From Acidimicrobiia bacterium (lineage in GTDB: Bacteria > Actinomycetota > Acidimicrobiia > Spongiisociales > UBA5794), in assembly GCA_041393965.1 (NCBI GenBank), contig JAWKJB010000003.1:261676-325675 (forward strand): DNA of 64,000 nucleotides, given 5' to 3'. Positions 59,553 to 64,000 of the stretch are shown piece after piece (position 1 is the stretch's first letter; the number at the start of each line of letters is the position of its first letter). The notes below the pieces were generated by a model. It ran no database searches, had not been told where the DNA came from, and saw nothing but the letters and a program-made list of their open reading frames with translations. The position numbers and the translations under genes were made by a program.

Positions 59553-60395
59553 ATGAGTCGTGTCGTACGCGCAGCCATCCTCCAAACCGAGTGGACCGGC
59601 GACAAGGAATCGATGATCGAACTCCACGAGGAGTACGCAAGGAAGGCAGCAGCCGACGGCGCCAAGGTGATTTGCTTCCAGGAGCTGTTCTACGGCCCGT
59701 ATTTCTGCCAGGTGCAGGACATCGAGTACTACGGGTACGCCGAGGCGATCCCGGACGGACCCACCACGCAACGATTCCAGAAGATCGCCGCCGAGCTCGG
59801 CCTTGTCATGGTGCTCCCAATGTATGAACGGGAGATGGCGGGCTTCTTGTATAACACGGCGGCGGTCATCGATGCAGACGGCACCTATCTCGGCAAGTAC
59901 CGCAAGCATCACATCCCCCATGTCGGTGGCTTCTGGGAGAAGTTCTACTTCCGTCCGGGCAACAGCGACTTTCCCGTGTTCGACACGGCCGTCGGGAAGG
60001 TCGGCGTCTACATCTGCTACGACCGCCACTTCCCTGAAGGATGGCGGGCCCTCGGCCTCAACGGGGCCGAGATCGTCTTCAATCCGTCAGCGACGAGCCG
60101 GGGCCTCTCGTCGTATCTGTGGCAACTCGAGCAGCCCGCATCGGCGGTAGCAAACATGTACTTCGTCGGGGCGATCAACCGAGTCGGTGTCGAGGACCTC
60201 GGTGACAACGACTTCTACGGCACCTCGTACTTCGTCGATCCGCGCGGCCAGTTCGTCGGCGATGTCGCAAGCGACAAGGACGCAGAGCTCGTGGTGCGCG
60301 ACCTCGATCTCGACAAGATCGAGGAGGTTCGCAACACATGGGCCTTCTACCGCGACCGGCGTCCCGACGCATACGATCCACTGGTTCAGGCCTGA
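59553..60395 (+). CDS. Beta-ureidopropionase (nitrilase superfamily)
   Basis: E-K-C triad (FQELF, YRKHHIP, YICYDRH), FWEKFYF, and linkage to dihydropyrimidinase. Confidence 0.88.
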   Translation: MSRVVRAAILQTEWTGDKESMIELHEEYARKAAADGAKVICFQELFYGPYFCQVQDIEYYGYAEAIPDGPTTQRFQKIAAELGLVMVLPMYEREMAGFLYNTAAVIDADGTYLGKYRKHHIPHVGGFWEKFYFRPGNSDFPVFDTAVGKVGVYICYDRHFPEGWRALGLNGAEIVFNPSATSRGLSSYLWQLEQPASAVANMYFVGAINRVGVEDLGDNDFYGTSYFVDPRGQFVGDVASDKDAELVVRDLDLDKIEEVRNTWAFYRDRRPDAYDPLVQA

Positions 60396-60400
60396 TCCCG

Positions 60401-61690
60401 ATGGGTGTCCACGCCGAACTCACCGAACGCACGAGGGCGGTGATGCCGTCGTGGCTCGCTTTGTACTACGACGAGCCGATTGCGATCGATCGCGGCGATG
60501 GCCGGACCGTGTGGGACCTCGAAGGGAACGAGTACCTCGACTTCTTCGGCGGCATCCTCACCACGATGACGGCCTACGCACTCCCCGAGGTGACCGCTGC
60601 GATCAACGAGCAGGCGGCCAAGGTCCTCCACACCTCGACGCTGTACCTCAACCGACCGATGGTCGAGCTCGCAGAAATGGTCGCGGAGCTGTCAGGGATC
60701 CCCGATGCTCGTGTCTTTTTCACCCCATCAGGAACCGAGGCGAACGATGCAGCCATGTTGCTTGCGACCTCGTTCCGGCGATCGAATCAGGTGCTTGCCC
60801 TTCGCAACAGCTACCACGGGCGGAGCTTCACGGCCGTGGCACTCACCAGCCACCGTTCGTGGTCGCCAACGAGCTACTCGGGGCTCCAGGTCCATTATGT
60901 CCAAGGGCCGTACAAGGCGCGGAGCCCGTATGCCCACCTCGACGACGACGCATTCACCGCTGCGGCAGCGAGCGACCTCCAGCAGGTCATCGACATGATG
61001 ACATCGGGGGATGTCGCCGCCATGATCGCAGAGCCGATCCAAGGCGTCGGCGGCTTCGCAACCCCTCCCGACGGGTTCTTCGCCCGCTTCAAGGAGATCC
61101 TCGACGAGTACGGCATCCTGTTCGTCGCCGATGAGGTCCAAACCGGGTGGGGACGCACCGGCGAGTACTTCTGGGGCTACCAGGCCCACGACATCACGCC
61201 GGACATCATGACCTTCGCCAAAGGGATCGGGAACGGGCTGTCGATCGGCGGGGTTGTCGCTCGAGCCGACATCATGAACTGCATCGGTGCAAACTCCATC
61301 TCGACCTTCGGCGGCAACCCTCTGGTGTGTGCCGGCGCACTTGCCAACCTGCGGTATCTCCTCGAGCATGATCTCCAGGGAAACAGCCTCAAGCAGGGAA
61401 CCCGCCTGTACGAACGGTTGTATCCGATCTCGCAAGACACACCGTGGATCTTCGAGCTTCGGGGCAAAGGCTTGATGCTCGCGATCGAAACCGCCCACCC
61501 CGGTTCGGGGGACCCGGACGCCGGGCGCGCGAGCCGCCTCCTCGAGGAATGCAGACAGCGAGGGCTCCTGGTTGGGAAAGGGGGCTTGTACGGGAATGTG
61601 CTGCGCATCGCCCCACCCCTGTCGGTGACCCAACACGAAATCGATACGGCCGCCGACATCATCGCCTCGGCCGTGTCAGCGATCGACTGA
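60401..61690 (+). CDS. Class III aminotransferase, probable beta-alanine:pyruvate transaminase
   Basis: YLDFFGGI, SYHGR, DEVQTGWGRTG, TFAKG, STFGGNP. The substrate is inferred from context. Confidence 0.85.
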   Translation: MGVHAELTERTRAVMPSWLALYYDEPIAIDRGDGRTVWDLEGNEYLDFFGGILTTMTAYALPEVTAAINEQAAKVLHTSTLYLNRPMVELAEMVAELSGIPDARVFFTPSGTEANDAAMLLATSFRRSNQVLALRNSYHGRSFTAVALTSHRSWSPTSYSGLQVHYVQGPYKARSPYAHLDDDAFTAAAASDLQQVIDMMTSGDVAAMIAEPIQGVGGFATPPDGFFARFKEILDEYGILFVADEVQTGWGRTGEYFWGYQAHDITPDIMTFAKGIGNGLSIGGVVARADIMNCIGANSISTFGGNPLVCAGALANLRYLLEHDLQGNSLKQGTRLYERLYPISQDTPWIFELRGKGLMLAIETAHPGSGDPDAGRASRLLEECRQRGLLVGKGGLYGNVLRIAPPLSVTQHEIDTAADIIASAVSAID

Positions 61691-61704
61691 AGAGGAGGAT
61701 CGGC

Positions 61705-63129
61705 ATGAAGACCATCATCTCGGGAGGAACCGTCATCACCGCCGTGGACATCATGGCCGCGGATGTGCTCATCGTCGATGAGACCGTCGCTGCGCTCGCC
61801 TCGCCCGGTTCGCACGATTGGGCCGATGATGCCGCCACCGTGATCGACGCCACCGGGAAGTATGTCATCCCGGGTGGCATCGATCCGCACACGCACATGG
61901 AACTCCCTTTCGGCGGAACGGCCGCATCGGACACCTTCGAGACCGGGACCAGAGCCGCGGCGTGGGGTGGTACCACGACGATCATCGACTTCGCTGTCCA
62001 GACCAAGGGTGAGAGCCTTGTCGGCGGGTTCGACAACTGGATGGAGCGCGCAAGCGGCAACTGTGCCATCGACTACGGCTTCCACATGATCGCGGGTGAC
62101 ATCAACGAGACATCCCTCAAGGAGATGGAGGTCCTGATCGACCGGGGCTGCACCTCCTTCAAGCTGTTCATGGCCTATCCGGGGGTGTTCTACTCCGACG
62201 ACGGCGACATCTTGCGTGCCATGCAAAAGGCAGCCGACACCGGGACCTTGATCATGATGCATGCCGAAAACGGGATGGCGATCGATGTCCTTCGCGAACA
62301 GGCGCTCCAGCGCGGCGAGACCGACCCGAAGTACCACGGGTTGACGCGTCCACCGATCACCGAAAGCGAGGCGACGCATCGCGCCATCAAGCTTGCCGAA
62401 CTGACAGGGGCGCATCTGTATGTGGTGCACATGTCGGCCAAAGAAGCCGTTGCCGAGGTCGCGAAGGCCCGGGACGAAGGCCTCCCCATCTTCGGTGAGA
62501 CCTGTCCACAGTACTTGTTCCTCACCCACGAGGAGCACCTGAGTGCACCCGGGTTCGAAGGCGCCAAGTATGTCTGCTCGACCCCGATCCGGAAACAATC
62601 GGAGGGCCATCAAGATGCCCTGTGGCGGTACCTCGCAACCAACGACCTCCAGGTCATCTCGACCGACCACTGTCCGTTCTGCATGGACGACCATCCCGTC
62701 CTCGGGACGCAGAAGAAGCTCGGGCTCGGCGACTTCACGGCGATTCCGAACGGGCTCCCTGGTGTCGAGGACCGCTACCAGCTGATCTACCACGGTGGTG
62801 TGGTCGGAGGCAGGATCAACCTCAACCGATGGATCGAGCTGTGCGCCACCGCACCCGCCAAGCTGTTCGGCCTTTTCCCGAAGAAGGGCACCATTGCGGT
62901 TGGCTCCGATGCCGACATCGTGGTGTTCGATCCCGGTGTCTCGTGGACCAAGTCGGTTGATCAGCACCACATGGATGTCGATTACTCCGCCTACGAAGGC
63001 ATGGAGGTCGAAGGACGCGTCGAGACGGTGCTGCTGCGTGGCAAGGTGATCATCGACAACAACTCGTATGTCGGAGTCAAAGGCGACGGTCAGTATCTCC
63101 CACGCGACAAAATGTCCATTCACCACTAG
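61705..63129 (+). CDS. hydA: Dihydropyrimidinase
   Basis: [40 protein letters not shown]. Confidence 0.95.
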   Translation: MKTIISGGTVITAVDIMAADVLIVDETVAALASPGSHDWADDAATVIDATGKYVIPGGIDPHTHMELPFGGTAASDTFETGTRAAAWGGTTTIIDFAVQTKGESLVGGFDNWMERASGNCAIDYGFHMIAGDINETSLKEMEVLIDRGCTSFKLFMAYPGVFYSDDGDILRAMQKAADTGTLIMMHAENGMAIDVLREQALQRGETDPKYHGLTRPPITESEATHRAIKLAELTGAHLYVVHMSAKEAVAEVAKARDEGLPIFGETCPQYLFLTHEEHLSAPGFEGAKYVCSTPIRKQSEGHQDALWRYLATNDLQVISTDHCPFCMDDHPVLGTQKKLGLGDFTAIPNGLPGVEDRYQLIYHGGVVGGRINLNRWIELCATAPAKLFGLFPKKGTIAVGSDADIVVFDPGVSWTKSVDQHHMDVDYSAYEGMEVEGRVETVLLRGKVIIDNNSYVGVKGDGQYLPRDKMSIHH

Positions 63130-63152
63130 GCCCCAGAGGCACCGGAGCACAC

Positions 63153-64000
63153 ATGAAGCAGATCAACCACATCATCGGGGGCGCCGAGTTCGTCTCGACT
63201 TCGGGTCGGACGAGCACCGTCTACAACCCAGCGACAGGCGAAGCCGCCGCCACGGTCGGCCTCGCCTCGGTGGACGAGGTCGATCACGCCGTGGCCGTTG
63301 CCAAGGCGGCGTTCGAATCGTGGGCAAGGACTTCGGTCGCCAAACGAACCGCGATCATGTACCGCTTTCGGGACCTCGTTGACCACCACGCGAACGACTT
63401 CGCCGCCCTGCTCACGGCCGAGCACGGCAAAGTGCTGTCGGACTCCCTCGGCGAGTTGCAGCGCGGCCTTGAGAACATCGAATACGCATGCGGCTTGTCC
63501 GAACACCTCAAAGGCGGGTTCTCCCAGCAGGCGTCAACGGACATCGATGTCTATTCGGTGCGCCAGCCCCTTGGTGTGGTTGCCGGCATCACGCCGTTCA
63601 ACTTCCCCGCGATGGTGCCGATGTGGATGTACCCCAATGCCATTGCGGCAGGCAACTCGTTCATTCTGAAGCCTTCAGAGAAGGACCCGAGCGTGAATCT
63701 CCTCGCGGCCGACCTCCTCGCCGAAGCTGGCCTTCCGGACGGTGTGTTCAACATCGTGCAAGGCGACAAGATCGCGGTGGATCGGCTCCTCGAACACCCC
63801 GACATCCAGGCAGTCTCGTTCGTCGGTTCGACACCGATTGCCCGATATGTCTACACCACCGGGACCAACAACGGAAAGCGGGTCCAGGCACTTGGCGGGG
63901 CAAAGAACCACATGATCGTCCTCCCCGACGCAGATGTCGGTGTTGCGGCGGACGCAGCGATCAGCGCAGGCTACGGGTCTGCTGGAGAACGCTGCATGGC
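63153..64000 (+). CDS. mmsA: CoA-acylating (methyl)malonate-semialdehyde dehydrogenase (3'-truncated, absent from the ORF track)
   Basis: My translation shows [42 protein letters not shown] and GSAGERCM. Confidence 0.95.
   Translation, partial: MKQINHIIGGAEFVSTSGRTSTVYNPATGEAAATVGLASVDEVDHAVAVAKAAFESWARTSVAKRTAIMYRFRDLVDHHANDFAALLTAEHGKVLSDSLGELQRGLENIEYACGLSEHLKGGFSQQASTDIDVYSVRQPLGVVAGITPFNFPAMVPMWMYPNAIAAGNSFILKPSEKDPSVNLLAADLLAEAGLPDGVFNIVQGDKIAVDRLLEHPDIQAVSFVGSTPIARYVYTTGTNNGKRVQALGGAKNHMIVLPDADVGVAADAAISAGYGSAGERCM

Noticed and set aside
54640-64000. Genomic island integrated at the tmRNA 3' end
   Set aside because: No integrase and no duplicated ssrA 3' fragment in the window. The downstream genes look compositionally native.

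Overview
A 64-kb, mostly core-chromosome window from a high-GC actinobacterium. The class is probably Acidimicrobiia, which is an inference from gene content and style. In order it carries: tkt (5'-truncated) and pepA; three secreted-protein genes (PG-binding/MepA-type peptidase, lipoprotein, CAP protein); moeB; an ABC exporter; a class A PBP; methylmalonyl-CoA mutase and LpdA; a small accessory patch with a LexA-box-controlled DUF222 pseudogene; acc/pcc and birA; galE-like and fpg-like genes; cofE and cofD (F420); a cell-envelope glycosylation block (large GT2, DUF5719-like, GT-C-like membrane protein, GtrA, GT2, manB); a P-type ATPase; ahcY-comF-[Flp-pilin fusion]-hpf-response regulator-secA; prfB-ftsE-ftsX-M23 peptidase-smpB; tmRNA; TetR/MFS; and ald plus a MocR regulator divergent from a reductive pyrimidine catabolism operon (3'-truncated). 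I saw no integrase, transposase, CRISPR array, rRNA or tRNA. The most unusual signals are (i) two orientation-flipping heptamer tandem arrays in the prfB-smpB region, (ii) an apparent complete absence of the tetranucleotide ACGT across the window, (iii) an orphan Flp-type pilin fused to a Thr/Gly stalk and globular domain, behind a nested palindromic leader, and (iv) a three-component glycosylation module alongside many Thr-rich surface proteins. All family calls come from motif recognition by eye. No database searches were run.
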